Shown: positions 1 to 11,995 of the stretch, in pieces
Position numbering within the stretch: position 1 is the first letter of the stretch
Layout: the number at the start of each line of letters is the position of its first letter
Assembly (NCBI GenBank): GCA_001600815.1
Contig: BCKZ01000022.1
Location: forward strand, 152,982 to 216,981
Source of the DNA: Alloascoidea hylecoeti
Lineage: Eukaryota
DNA length: 64,000 nucleotides
Direction: 5' to 3'
Notes under the pieces: generated by a model
The model's database searches: none
What the model was told of the DNA's origin: nothing
Seen by the model: the letters and a program-made list of their open reading frames with translations, nothing else
Translations under genes and position numbers: made by a program

Positions 1-852
1 AGTTGTGTTTTCAATTCAGATTTTCATTTTCATTGTATCCGTCCATATTCTTCATTATATGCGCTATATGTTGTAATAAACAGATAAAAATGAGAGTTAA
101 ATACTTGTAAAATAGAACATGATGTTTGAGGAAAATATGAAATTCTTTAATTAAATAAGGAACTCTTTGTTGAAATATGAATTCTTTGATAAAATGAAGA
201 ACTCTTTATTTAGTTTTCTTTAAACTTTTATGCGTAATATCTAACAATTCTCTTTGACGAGTTACAAAAAACATTCTAGATCTAGATGAGAGTAAAAGGG
301 GCCCAGAAGCCTGATAGAAGGTGAATTACACTCGATAAACCTTCCCAGAAAATACCTTGTAGTTTCTACCGGTATGACGTCAGGTAAAGATGAAGCAACA
401 ACTAACATCCAGCTCATCATCCCCACACAGATAGGCTACTTTCTGATCTGCTAAGTAATCGGAAAAAATCACTATTTCTCTGACCTCAGTGGAGTGCAGT
501 CGTCACAATTGCTTCTGGTAGAAGATTCAAAAAGCAGGAATCAACCAATTCCAACCTCAAAAACTCCTCAGATCAGGTTAACTTTAAGAAGCTTAGTTGT
601 ACCTGAAGAATTACCGAGTTCTCCACTTAACTGTAAAGCATGTAAAATTACAAAAATAAAGTTAAATTGAAAATTGAAAACAATATATTACAACCCACGT
701 TTTTGACATAGTAATAGGAAAGAACCATGAATATGAGTTAATCCTTCACCTAAGAATTCATTACATTCCATTCTCATTTCAACATCATGAATATGTCATA
801 ATTTATATTAATATTATATAATAGAATACTATGTTATATTTATATTTATAGT

Positions 853-1662
853 TTAGTAGTCGTTATTATCCCTATTGGATGAACCATATGAGTTATCGTT
901 ATTTGATGAACCGTATGAATTATCATTACCAGATCCGTAAGAATCGGTTTTGGATGATCCATATGAGTTGTCATTATTAGAACCGTAAGAATCATTGTTT
1001 GAAGATCCATAAGAATTGTCCTTTTTGGATGATCCATAAGAATCGTTGTTTGAAGATCCATAAGAATTGTCCTTTTTGGATGATCCATAAGAATCGTTGT
1101 TTGAAGATCCATAGGAATCATTGTTTGAAGAACCATATGAATTGTCATTGTCGTTATTAGAACCATAAGAATCATTGTTTGATGATCCGTAAGAGTTGTC
1201 TTTTTTGGATGATCCATAGGAATCATTCTTAGAAGAACCATATGAATTGTCATTATCATTATTAGAACCATAAGAATCATTGTTTGATGATCCATAAGAG
1301 TTGTCTTTCTTGGAAGATCCATAAGAATCATTGTTTGATGAACCATAAGAATTATCATTGCTACTCTTCTTAGAAGAACCATATGAATTATCATTATCGT
1401 TATTAGAACCATAAGAATCATTGTTTGAAGATCCGTAAGAGCTGTCTTTCTTGGAAGATCCATAGGAATCATTGTTTGAAGAACCATAAGAATCAGTGTT
1501 TGAAGAACCATAAGAATCACTCTTGTTGGAAGATCCATAAGAATTATCATTTCCTGAAGATCCATAGGAATTATCATTATCATTACTTCCTCCATAAGAG
1601 TTAGAGTTATCACGACGATTGTCGTTATCGTTATCGTTATTGTTACCACCAAAGAAACTCAT
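853..1662 (-). CDS. DDR48: DDR48-like stress protein built from SYGSS(N/K)(N/K)D repeats
   Basis: 269-aa ORF made almost entirely of S-N-N-D-S-Y-G repeats, the hallmark repeat of yeast Ddr48. Confidence 0.7.
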   Translation of the reverse strand: MSFFGGNNNDNDNDNRRDNSNSYGGSNDNDNSYGSSGNDNSYGSSNKSDSYGSSNTDSYGSSNNDSYGSSKKDSSYGSSNNDSYGSNNDNDNSYGSSKKSSNDNSYGSSNNDSYGSSKKDNSYGSSNNDSYGSNNDNDNSYGSSKNDSYGSSKKDNSYGSSNNDSYGSNNDNDNSYGSSNNDSYGSSNNDSYGSSKKDNSYGSSNNDSYGSSKKDNSYGSSNNDSYGSNNDNSYGSSKTDSYGSGNDNSYGSSNNDNSYGSSNRDNNDY

Positions 1663-3020
1663 TGTATGTCAATTAATTGTGTAGAAAAGAAAAAAGAAAG
1701 AGGAAGAGGAAGAGGAATACTCTCTTTTATACCGTTTTATTATTGCTACCGGTATTATTTGGATGTACCGGGTACCCGGTGCCGGACACAGATATTACTG
1801 TGATGACATCGAATAATAATAATACGAATGAGTGGTCTCCACGTAAATCGATTTACGGAACGTCAACGGCCCCCCGAAATTAACGTTTCCGTAAATCATT
1901 TTTAATCGTCCGTTTACGTATATCACATGATATACATGTGACCATTACTACTGTATTGGGTCTCCCTGAAAACCCATAGTCAATCTAGCTACTAGCTAGC
2001 AGTGTTCAAATTCAGTGTTTACAGACAGACTGAGATTCTAAAAACTCATCGAGGAACATTCTTAAGCCTTATTCTTCTTAAATGAAACTTTCAATATCAG
2101 GGTTTGTATTACTCTGTAATCCTATTGATGATATTGATTATCACCATTCGGTAGATGATGCTGATAATAGCAATAGTGCTAGCATGGATCCTTGTTGGAG
2201 CGGATGGCATATCATCCACCTTAACCTAGATCTGATTAGAATAAGTTGAAAATGTACGAAGCTAATAATTGCTCATTTGCAATTGCTAATTCGCAATGGT
2301 TATTCTGCAATTGTCACTGTTGATGTAATAATTAGAGTCAGTCTTATGTTTACACTACTCAGCGTATATACCAGTATGCCTGGGTATCCGTAAATTTAAA
2401 CGAAACAAATGCCCAATTTCCGTAAGAAATTCCGTAAAGAAATTCCGTAAATTGTAAGTTGTGGCGGACGCCAATATGGATATCTACTAAACCTCGGTAA
2501 CTACAGGTACTGCTAGGATCTATAGGATATGAGCTATAGACATAGGTCGGATACCATTTATTTTTGGTCGGCGATAACGTTCTCTAGTAGTATATACATG
2601 TATTCAAAGGGATACACAGCCCGATCGCATTAGACATCTCCGTGCTGAATTAGAATTGGATGTTTTCTTTTTCTTTTTCTTTTTCTTTAACACTAAGGGA
2701 AAAGAAGAATATAATTAACGGTTATAACACTTGGAGTTGGGCTAAACGTCCATGGATATAGCCACGTGCGATCAATCATAGGCCGGGCCCAGAGGTTGCC
2801 CTTGCTAGACTAACGTAAAGTCTGTCACCCAATCCCAAGGAATAGTCACGTGTACGGGATACTTCGAGGATTGTAGATAAAGAGTTGCTATGTGCACTCT
2901 TACATAATCATCATGTCGGCACACGTGAGCACGTGGGCACGGGCACGGGGGTGTGAGGGTGTTTCCCCTCTCCAGTTGTCCACAAAGCAACCTGTCCCTC
3001 TCCATCCACCCACACTCCAA

Positions 3021-4748
3021 ATGGACTTCCACTCTCCGACCCTCTCTCAGCCCCTGCCGCAGCCTCTGGGCTCCCCAAAAGTGGAGGAGTCTCCCGAAAA
3101 GACCATTCCTCAGGACTCCCTGCTCATTCCCAACGACAACGAGAACGACCTGCTGGACTTGGGCATTTCTGGCCTTCCCCCTGGCCTTCCCCCTCGCCGT
3201 ACCTCCGGCCCCCACACCATGTCCCCCTCCGCCCCTGCTTCGGCTGTACCGGCCTCCCTCCAGGGCCTGACTCTCGGCCCGATTGGCATCACCTCTACCC
3301 CCACAACTCCACACCTCTCCCAACTGACCAACCCAACATCCGCAGCCCCTATGTCCACCTCAACCGTCGGAACTATAAACAGCATTGCTTCTCTCGCAAC
3401 AATAAATGGTTTGGAAAAGAAAAAGAAAACCGATGATAATGATGGTTTTAGATGGAATTATGATTTAAAAATTGAATATGCCAAAATTTATGCAAAACAT
3501 TGGATGAAGGATGAATTAACAAAAACTGAATTATATACCTTAATGTCAACAAGATTAAGAGAAATTGATGAAAGAGTAACTGTCACAAGATGTAAATATT
3601 TAGACGGTGATTTAAAAAAACTTTGGAGAGAATTAAAATATTTAGAAAGTTTACCTGATTATTCAATTAATGATGGTATGATTTCTTTACCATCTGAAAT
3701 TTGGAAATTATTTTCAAGTGCAACATCAAGATCAACAAGAACTTTAGCAGGTTGGAGAACAAGAAAAGTTGAAACGGATTTATATGCTTTATTAGATTGT
3801 GTTTATGTTGATCAAACAACTCCATTAGTACCTGAATTTAAATTAATGTCTGATGGTTCAAAAAAATTAATTTTACCAAATGGTAATTCTGGTTCTGGTC
3901 CTGGTCCTGGTCCATCTCCAAGACCTTCACCACAATATAGAAATACTTCATTTACAACAATAAATGGAAATTCAACAAATACAAATAATAATTCAAATTC
4001 AAATTTAAATCCAAATTCAAATTCAAATAATTCAAATAATTCAAATACAATAAGTGTTAATGGTATTAATTTTAATAGTTCAGATTTTGAAGAGCAATAT
4101 CAAAGAGTTCAAGAAATATTACGAAAAAGACGTGAAAGTCCAACATCAAATTCAAATTCAAATTCAAATTCTCAAACAAATAAAACAAATGGTTCAACAA
4201 ATGAAAATCCTTTCCCTGCAGGCTTATCATTAAATGGTGTTAGTATTCCATCACATTCACAATCACAAGCATTAACAACAACACAACAAACTAATGGCAA
4301 TGGAATTAATTCATCTCCACAAACATCATCACAAACAACAAGTACTGCTTCATTAATTCATACCCAACCATCATTACCATTACCACCATCCAAAAAAACA
4401 AGATATGAAAATGTACCATCAACTCCAATTACAACTACAAATCAGACATCTTCAACACCATTAACAACACAATTAATTAAACAATCATCATTACCATCAT
4501 CATTATCGCCACAACCACAATTTTCAACCCAATTACGTATAAATCAAACATTACATACATTATTATCACCATTAAGAGGATCATTTTTAATACCTTCCTT
4601 ACATTATCATGAATTATTTGTTATGGAACATCAACAAAAGGAAAATTTATTGGCAAGTTTATTAGTTTTTGAAGATAATTTAGAAGAAAGGGCAAAAGTT
4701 TATAATGCTTGGTTAGGTAGTGGTGGGAGTCCTTTTGGTAAAAATTAA
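3021..4748 (+). CDS. Hypothetical nuclear protein with a possible Myb/SANT-like helical domain and Asn/Ser/Thr low-complexity tails
   Basis: Long open frame (ORF track 2892..4748); ATG at 3021 (MDFHSP) is a plausible start; globular segment FRWNYDLKIEYAKIY...LKKLWRELK preceded by KKKK. Confidence 0.7.
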   Translation: MDFHSPTLSQPLPQPLGSPKVEESPEKTIPQDSLLIPNDNENDLLDLGISGLPPGLPPRRTSGPHTMSPSAPASAVPASLQGLTLGPIGITSTPTTPHLSQLTNPTSAAPMSTSTVGTINSIASLATINGLEKKKKTDDNDGFRWNYDLKIEYAKIYAKHWMKDELTKTELYTLMSTRLREIDERVTVTRCKYLDGDLKKLWRELKYLESLPDYSINDGMISLPSEIWKLFSSATSRSTRTLAGWRTRKVETDLYALLDCVYVDQTTPLVPEFKLMSDGSKKLILPNGNSGSGPGPGPSPRPSPQYRNTSFTTINGNSTNTNNNSNSNLNPNSNSNNSNNSNTISVNGINFNSSDFEEQYQRVQEILRKRRESPTSNSNSNSNSQTNKTNGSTNENPFPAGLSLNGVSIPSHSQSQALTTTQQTNGNGINSSPQTSSQTTSTASLIHTQPSLPLPPSKKTRYENVPSTPITTTNQTSSTPLTTQLIKQSSLPSSLSPQPQFSTQLRINQTLHTLLSPLRGSFLIPSLHYHELFVMEHQQKENLLASLLVFEDNLEERAKVYNAWLGSGGSPFGKN

Positions 4749-7277
4749 TGTTAATGTTAATGTTTGCTTTTTTTTTTTTTTTTTTTTTTTTATATTATCT
4801 ATTTTCATTTATCATGTTTTTTATATTCTTTAAAAATCAGAAAAAAGACAAAGAAAGAAAAAAAAAAAAAAGAACAGGTATATATATAAAAGTTTTCAAG
4901 ACAATTAACATATATAATAATAAACATTAACATATGACGATTATATATTTCAACTCAATTGTTTTAGTTTATTTTATTTTATTTTATTTTATTTTGTTTT
5001 TTCTATCTTATGTTTTATAATTTATAATTATAATCTTAAAAAATATTTATATTATATTAAAGTTTGAAAGTTGATCATGAATTTTAACATTTTATTTATA
5101 TTTGTATTTAATTTATTATATATATGAACCTGTTTCAATAAATAAATTATTCTTTTAAATAAATAGATAATTGAAACTAGGTATATAAAATTAAAATTAA
5201 AAGAAATGATTAGTTTCAAGTGCAAGACATACTATAGTAGACCTGATTATCTTATTTATTGTTAAGAGGCTGATAATTAGTACATTCTATGGTCTAAGTG
5301 GAAACCCCGTAATTATAAAATGAAATAAAAATCAAGATGAAAAAATCCAGAGATATTTTAACCACAATTCTCTGACATGTTTTATATTCTTTCAACGAGT
5401 ATTCTTCAAGAAAAGTATCCTCTAATTCAACTGTAAAACTTTCATCACAATCTTTCATCGATATCTTCTCCAGCTATATTACTGGTTATGAATCTTGTAA
5501 TTTATTTTCAATATTGTAATTGAATAGAGCATACGCTCTTGCGATTCCAGATTTTTAATTAATAGAATAAATCGAAGATCTGAAGCGCCAAAAAAATAAC
5601 ATATCACTAAGCATTTAAACTCTTAACATCTTTGATTTTCTGTCCCAATGTTATGTAATCAGCTTCCAAAATGCTTCCTCTCATACTCATTAGGATTAAG
5701 CAACTATAACTTTATTATGGTTATTTGGATCTAACGTACATTGCTTGGATCGGATCCGGGTAAACTATACCAGAATTATTAGTTCAATTCCTAAGATCAT
5801 GATGAGAATGAGAATTGTTGAAGTTTTCATTTGTTTTGCTATTATTTATCTATACTTAAAGTCAAGCACTGTAAACAGCCAGTATGGCTTATAAATGATA
5901 ATTTTATATGTAGGTCATAATCCTTATACTTTACCAGAAGATAGAACATTGGATAAACTTTATATTAATCCAATAATAAATTGAAAGATTTCTTGGCTTC
6001 GCTTTGTCTATTCCCAGATCTTTAAGCCAACCATAATATACTTTTATCCAAAACCATTAATTTATAGTCGACCACCATATTTTTATTTCCTGTTAATGTA
6101 AAAAGTTACATGTAAACTAAAGACATCCTCAACATTTGAAGAGAATAATTAACAAAAACAAATACATAATAACATTCTTTTGATAAGAAGACTTCGTGTA
6201 TTATGTTTGACGCAGATTTCATCCGTAATCCAAATTAATTTAGCAGTTAATTAGAAATTGGAATTACAATTAGTTTAAAGCACTTAAGGATTTTTGGGAA
6301 TTAGGGCGCCAGCTATTAAATATCCAAATTTTTTTTTTCTTTTCTACCTGCTCATCTTTTCTTCCTTCTATTCTTCACATCATTTTTAACCAATTAGTCA
6401 AAGTGAATCATAACAACTGTACCAATAATACAATAAGCTTCATAATTGTATCGTGTTGCTGGTGGAATAATGGCTGTGCCATTTAAAGAAAACTGACCAG
6501 AAGAATAATTTCAAAAAACAATTTGGGTTGAAATAATTGTAAGTACAGCGCCAACTATAGAGGAAAACAGCATTGGATAATAGTATATACTATTCTTGTT
6601 TCTTTAATGACTAAACATTAATTAAATATTCGCTGCTGAATCTAACATTCAATGCCATCTCAACGGTCCTAAAACCATTTCAATCTATTTTTAGACAAAT
6701 TTTCTTTTGTTTATTTGGTTCTTGTCATTCATAAACGGTCCTTTACACGCCGGAAATATTCCATATTCATGTTTGTTTTTTCAAAAGTGTTGTTAAATGG
6801 TTAATTCGGCAATCGATAAGCCGTGTATACTCAGATTTCGTTTTTCAATCCCTTTAGTTGGCTACAATTTATTTTTATAGTTGCAATTACCTGAAATCAC
6901 GCTTAACTAAATTCTAGAAGCCATTCAATTAAAAATATATTATCGCTATATATTTCAAGTTCAACGTGCATATGTATACCGTATTTAGTAATTTAAAAGA
7001 TAGCAAATATGACAAGCGTGATGAATAAGGAGAATCTTCTTTTTCTTCTCAATTATCAGTTTACACAAACTTTACGATAATAACGGTAATTATCTCGCAT
7101 TTCAAATATCATTGGGGAGTATTATGGCACACAAAGTGTCACAAACACAAATACAATTGAAAATACACACAATAATTAGGGTTAGTAAAAATGGAGAGTT
7201 AAAATAGATTAAAAAGACACAACATTCATGTCGCGACCACAAAATGCATACATACAGCCCTTTTATAAACACAGTTT

Positions 7278-7974
7278 CTATAGCGCTATGAAGATAGAAA
7301 AAATAGAGACAAGTATATAAAAAGTTATAGACCCGTATCGGTGTACAACTAGTTCTTTTAATGTTTGATTATTTTTGATTCCAACAGTTATATTAGCAAC
7401 AAGGTCACTATGAGCGATACAAAAAGCAAGGTCAATATTATGATCGTCTGCAATTATAAACTCCACATTTGTAACATCTTTATGACTATCAATAATACTT
7501 TGTCTTGTTTCATCACTAACCCAATTATCTTTCTTAACGAAAAAGCACCAAACTTTAAATATTCCATTATTTGCGTTTGTCCAAAATTGTATGTCGGATT
7601 CATCAGCTGTTGTGATCATCTTCATCAGTTCATCTGTCATCGTTAAACATTGCTGAAGAATTTGTGGATTAGAAATAATAGTTGTTGTTGCTTTAACCGC
7701 ATAATAACCGAAAAAGTTCCCTTTTAAGTTTCATTGAAGCAAAATCATTTAGTTTAGTTGCCAAAAATTGCAATTGAAAGCAAAAACCACTTTGTGATTT
7801 CACAATATCGTGAATGGTTAGGGTTACCAATCCCACAAATTTAAGTTGAAAATCAGGACGTTTGACCAGTGTAACGGTGGGGTAGACGACGTTTCGTAAA
7901 TTCTTCAACATTAATTCCCAGACTGGTTTGCTACATGATTGACCTTGAAATTTACTAGATTGGTTTACGGTCAT
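7278..7974 (-). pseudogene. Orphan ORF of about 230 codons split by one +1 frameshift
   Basis: ORFs 7693..7974 and 7278..7640 join into one frame (MKLK-GNFFGYYAVKATTTIISNPQILQQCLTMTDEL) if one A is skipped in CTTAAAAGGG near 7720. Confidence 0.4.
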
Positions 7975-8521
7975 TGCAATATACCAAGGCTAAAATTATT
8001 TGATCAGGTGTGTATTTATTTTTTTGAGGAAAAACTCATTTTATTTGAGGACTTGCCTAACCAATGTATCCACAGAGTTTGTACCTGTAAAAGAAGTTTA
8101 GGGTAGCCTGGCTGGAAAAATTAAAAAGATATCTGACGATGGTTTAAGCACTTGGTTATAGATTCTATAAATATCCTAAAGGCAAATTTCAACCCAATTG
8201 CTATGCTCAAAAATTCCCTAAAACTATTCGAAGTGGAATTCCTAACCACTAACTTTTCTAGTAAAATGAATTCTGTTCACTGTTCTTGAATTTTACGGAT
8301 TCCACATTAAATAAACTAGTGGAAACTACACATCATTCATCAACATGGCCGATTATATTGTACAGAATGATCGAACATTAAAGAACTACGCAGCCGAATC
8401 TTTAACTTATGATTAAAAGGTGGACAAAATTACAAGTAGAGACATTTTATAACTACTACTACCATATATAAATTAATAAAGTATCTAAGTCTTGGTTAAA
8501 TAAAACAACTGCTTTCAACAA

Positions 8522-10559
8522 TTAAGTGTTCATATAAGTAGAAGGATCAACCCCTTCTTCAGGGAACTCAGGAATATTGACTTCAAATCTTTCTTGAATC
8601 TTCGCCAAAACTTGTTCATCATCTGGACTAGATACAAAAGAAATGGCTAAACCTTTGGTACCAAATCTACCTGCTCTTCCAACACGATGTAAATATTGAT
8701 CAGCTTCACTTGGCAAATCATAATTGATTGCCAAGTTAATTCTTTCGATATCAATACCTCTTCCAAAAACATCAGTTGAAACACAAATTCTCTTTTTAAA
8801 TTCTTTAAAAGATTTATAACGAGCAATACGTTCTTCTTGAGGTATACCAGAATGTACAGCAATTGAAGGAAAATTACAATCACATAACAAACGATTTAAT
8901 TCATCTGCTCTTGCTGTAGATTTAACAAAAATAATCACTTGATTAAATTCTAAAGTATCCAACAAATATGATAACTTTCTGTTTTTTTCCTTTTCTGCCA
9001 ATTTACAATAATATTGTTGTAAACCATGTAAAGTCAATTTAGTTTCATTATCAACGTAAATTTCAAGAGGGTTTTGCATAAATTTTTTGCAAACCGGACG
9101 AATCTCTTGAGATAAAGTAGCAGAAAACATCATTACTTGCTTTTGATGAGGAGTAGCACGGAAAATTTCCTGGACATCTCGTCTCATATCTATTTGATCC
9201 AACACCTTATCACATTCATCAACAACAAAGACCTTAACATTGTTTAAACGTAAATACTTGTCACGGACAAGAGCATTCAATCTACCAGGAGTGGCAACAA
9301 CAACGTGAGGAGCAGTAGCTTTATCTTTGATTAAGTCAACATCTTTTTGAATTGGGGTACCACCATAAAAGACTGCAGTACGGACATCTGGCATATATTT
9401 TGAAAATCTAGCATACTCATTTCTAATTTGATAAGCCAATTCACGAGTGTGACATACAACAATAACGGAAACCTCACCAGGAACAGGGTCCAATTGTTGT
9501 AGAGTAGACAAAACGAATACGGCAGTCTTACCAAGACCAGATTTGGCTTGACATAAAACATCAGTACCAAGAATTGATTGAGGAATACAAACTTGTTGGA
9601 CTATATGGATTAAACGTTAGTAACTGTAACTGGTAAAATTTGAACGATAGACTTTTGATTTTTGCAAAGAAAAGAAACAGACAATGGGGTTGAAATTGAT
9701 ATTCCTTGAATTAGTACGAAAACATTATCCATATAAACTGAAAAAATTAAATTAATTGCCCTTTTATTTTTTTTAATTTCTGTAAGATGTATCGTATAAT
9801 GGCACCTCTTTTAGAAATACCTGTGGCCGAAAGCTTATCAGAAAAATTAAAGAATCTGATAATCAAGCACAGTGAAAGCACAGACAATGCCATTTTTTGG
9901 GGTAGCAAATATCGGCTGAATTATCTTGCGTAGTCCCAAAGGGATAAGATTTCGTGAGATATCATACCAAATATTCATGTTCCCCAACCAACTTCAGGCG
10001 TGTTTTTTGATTAATAATTCACCCAACACCACCATAAAGCAATTGTTGAAAGTAACATCAATAGGTAGAAAAATCTCGGCATAATAAGTAGAAATGAAGC
10101 TCTTAATGATTGATGTACCGGTCGTCGGGAATTTTGAGAATTTCAAACCCCTGGCTGACGCGTCGACAGAAAAAACAACAAAACCACCAGCTTGCAGAAT
10201 TGTCAAAAATATAATAATAAGGGAAAATAAAAAAAGTTTTCCTCTGATACGAATAAATATTCAAGTATCCCATTGTGTTCTTTCTTGCATCAAGAAATAG
10301 TCTGATAATATAAAAAAGCAATTCAAAATAACTAACCCTCTGAAGGATGTTCAAAACCACAATCGACAATAGCTCTCAAGAGTTCTGGCTTAAGTAAGAA
10401 ATCTCTGAAACCAGTAGAATGGATACCGACGTAACTTCCTTTCTTATCCCCATCATCGCCGGCCTCACCTGCGACCTCCGATGGTTTGGTTTCTGTTGGA
10501 ACTGTAATTTCCTCTGAGTCAGAATAATCGAGGAGTTCTTCTTCGGCTTCGTTCGACAT
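8522..10559 (-). CDS. SUB2: DECD-box RNA helicase Sub2/UAP56; exons 10559..10337 and 9600..8522; intron 10336..9601
   Basis: [15 protein letters not shown] join, [15 protein letters not shown] and HRVGRAGR motifs; intron GTTAGT...TACTAAC(9622..9616)...TAG. Confidence 0.97.
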
Positions 10560-10840
10560 TGTTTGTTTTTAAGTCGATAAAATGGATTAAATTGAGTTAA
10601 AATGAATTAAAAAAAGTCTTTTTTCCGGTTGAACTGAAGACACAAAAAGAAAAGATAATGTGATATTTGTTAGAGATGAGAGGAAAACTCGAAAGGTTGA
10701 GTGAAAAAAATGTGGCAATCTTTACGTCCGGGTAAATTCCAGGTGCAAATGTGTAATATTCACTTAATTAAATTCGCCATTATCAGCATGTTCAATTCGT
10801 AAAAATATATAACTATTTATAATATTTATTTCGTTAATAA

Positions 10841-11995
10841 CTAAGCATCCACTTTAAGATTAGTAGTAACCAAAATCTTAATATTTGTATCTTTATGATT
10901 AATAAGTTCTTGAAATCCTCCTTCAATTGTATCCTTTACATCAATCTTACCAGTGATCATTTGCCTTGCCTTGTCCATAGACATTTTACCTGTTGATAGA
11001 GCTTCTACAACTTGTTCAAAATCAAGTCTAACGTAGCCCATACTACCAGTAACAAATTTTTCCTGGAGTGTCACATCCATCGGATAAAAATCAATTGGTT
11101 TATGGGCCCATATAGCAATATTAACGTATTTCCCACCAGCAGCCAGACATTCTACACCTAATTCAAATGTTGATTGAAACCCAGAACAGTCATATGCATA
11201 ATCGATTCCCTTACCCTCGGTCAATTCATCTAATTTTTTAACTAGATCTGTAGTAGTTTTATATTCAAAAGGATTTACAGTTTCATAGACTCCAAATTTT
11301 AAAGCCTGTTTGCTTCTTACAGCAGCCGGTTCAGAAACAATAATCTTTCCAGCACCATGGCCTTGCAAAGCTAGAATGGCGGCAAGTCCAATTGGACCAG
11401 AACCAAGAACTAAAGCAGTTTCACCTTTCTTAATACCGGAAGTTCTGACTGCATGCCATGCAACAGAAAGTGGCTCGACAAGAGCACCAATATCAGAAGG
11501 AACATTATCAGGCAATTTGATAACATGTTGCTCATGTGCTAAAACGTATTGAGACAAGGCACCACCAACTGGTCCTAAACCAGTGAAACTTCCATCAACA
11601 CACGCATTTGTTTTTCCCTTTTGACAAGGGTGACATGGAGAATCGTGCTGTTTTGGTTGACCTATCCATCTATGTTTATCAAAACAAGTTGTAGTTGCTT
11701 CTAATACTACTCTATCGCCAACTTTCAAAGTTGTGACGCCAGGTCCAATTTCCTTGATTGTACCAGAAAATTCATGACCCAATGGCAAAGGAAGTTTACT
11801 TCCACTGACTGGATCAGCCTGATCTAAACTTTTTTGAAAGAAAATAGGACCATCTAAATACTCATGAAGGTCAGAACCACAGATACCACACCACGCTGTT
11901 TCAATAATAACTTCCTTGTCAGCGTTTATTTTAGGATCAGGGATATCTTCTGAATATCTAATATCTTTATTACCGTAATAAAGTACACCTCTCAT
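10841..11995 (-). CDS. BDH1: Zn-dependent (R,R)-butanediol dehydrogenase (MDR family)
   Basis: CGICGSDLHEYLDGPIFF, GHEFSG, GSGPIG motifs. Confidence 0.88.
   Translation of the reverse strand: MRGVLYYGNKDIRYSEDIPDPKINADKEVIIETAWCGICGSDLHEYLDGPIFFQKSLDQADPVSGSKLPLPLGHEFSGTIKEIGPGVTTLKVGDRVVLEATTTCFDKHRWIGQPKQHDSPCHPCQKGKTNACVDGSFTGLGPVGGALSQYVLAHEQHVIKLPDNVPSDIGALVEPLSVAWHAVRTSGIKKGETALVLGSGPIGLAAILALQGHGAGKIIVSEPAAVRSKQALKFGVYETVNPFEYKTTTDLVKKLDELTEGKGIDYAYDCSGFQSTFELGVECLAAGGKYVNIAIWAHKPIDFYPMDVTLQEKFVTGSMGYVRLDFEQVVEALSTGKMSMDKARQMITGKIDVKDTIEGGFQELINHKDTNIKILVTTNLKVDA

Noticed and set aside
846..1652. 268-aa Met/Ile/Leu-rich ORF overlapping the DDR48-like gene
   Set aside because: Alternative-frame shadow of the repeat; the SYGSSNND frame matches a known protein type.
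853..1662. Regular repeats resembling a CRISPR or satellite array
   Set aside because: Repeats are codon-phased with synonymous variation and have no unique spacers; this is coding sequence in a eukaryote.
2805..3385. Antisense and alternative-frame ORFs over the GC-rich 5' end of the 3021..4748 gene
   Set aside because: Explained by high GC content; only the long + frame continues into the AT-rich part.
9994..10369. Short ORFs inside the SUB2 intron
   Set aside because: No motifs and they lie within a well-defined intron; a canonical C/D snoRNA box pair was also not found.
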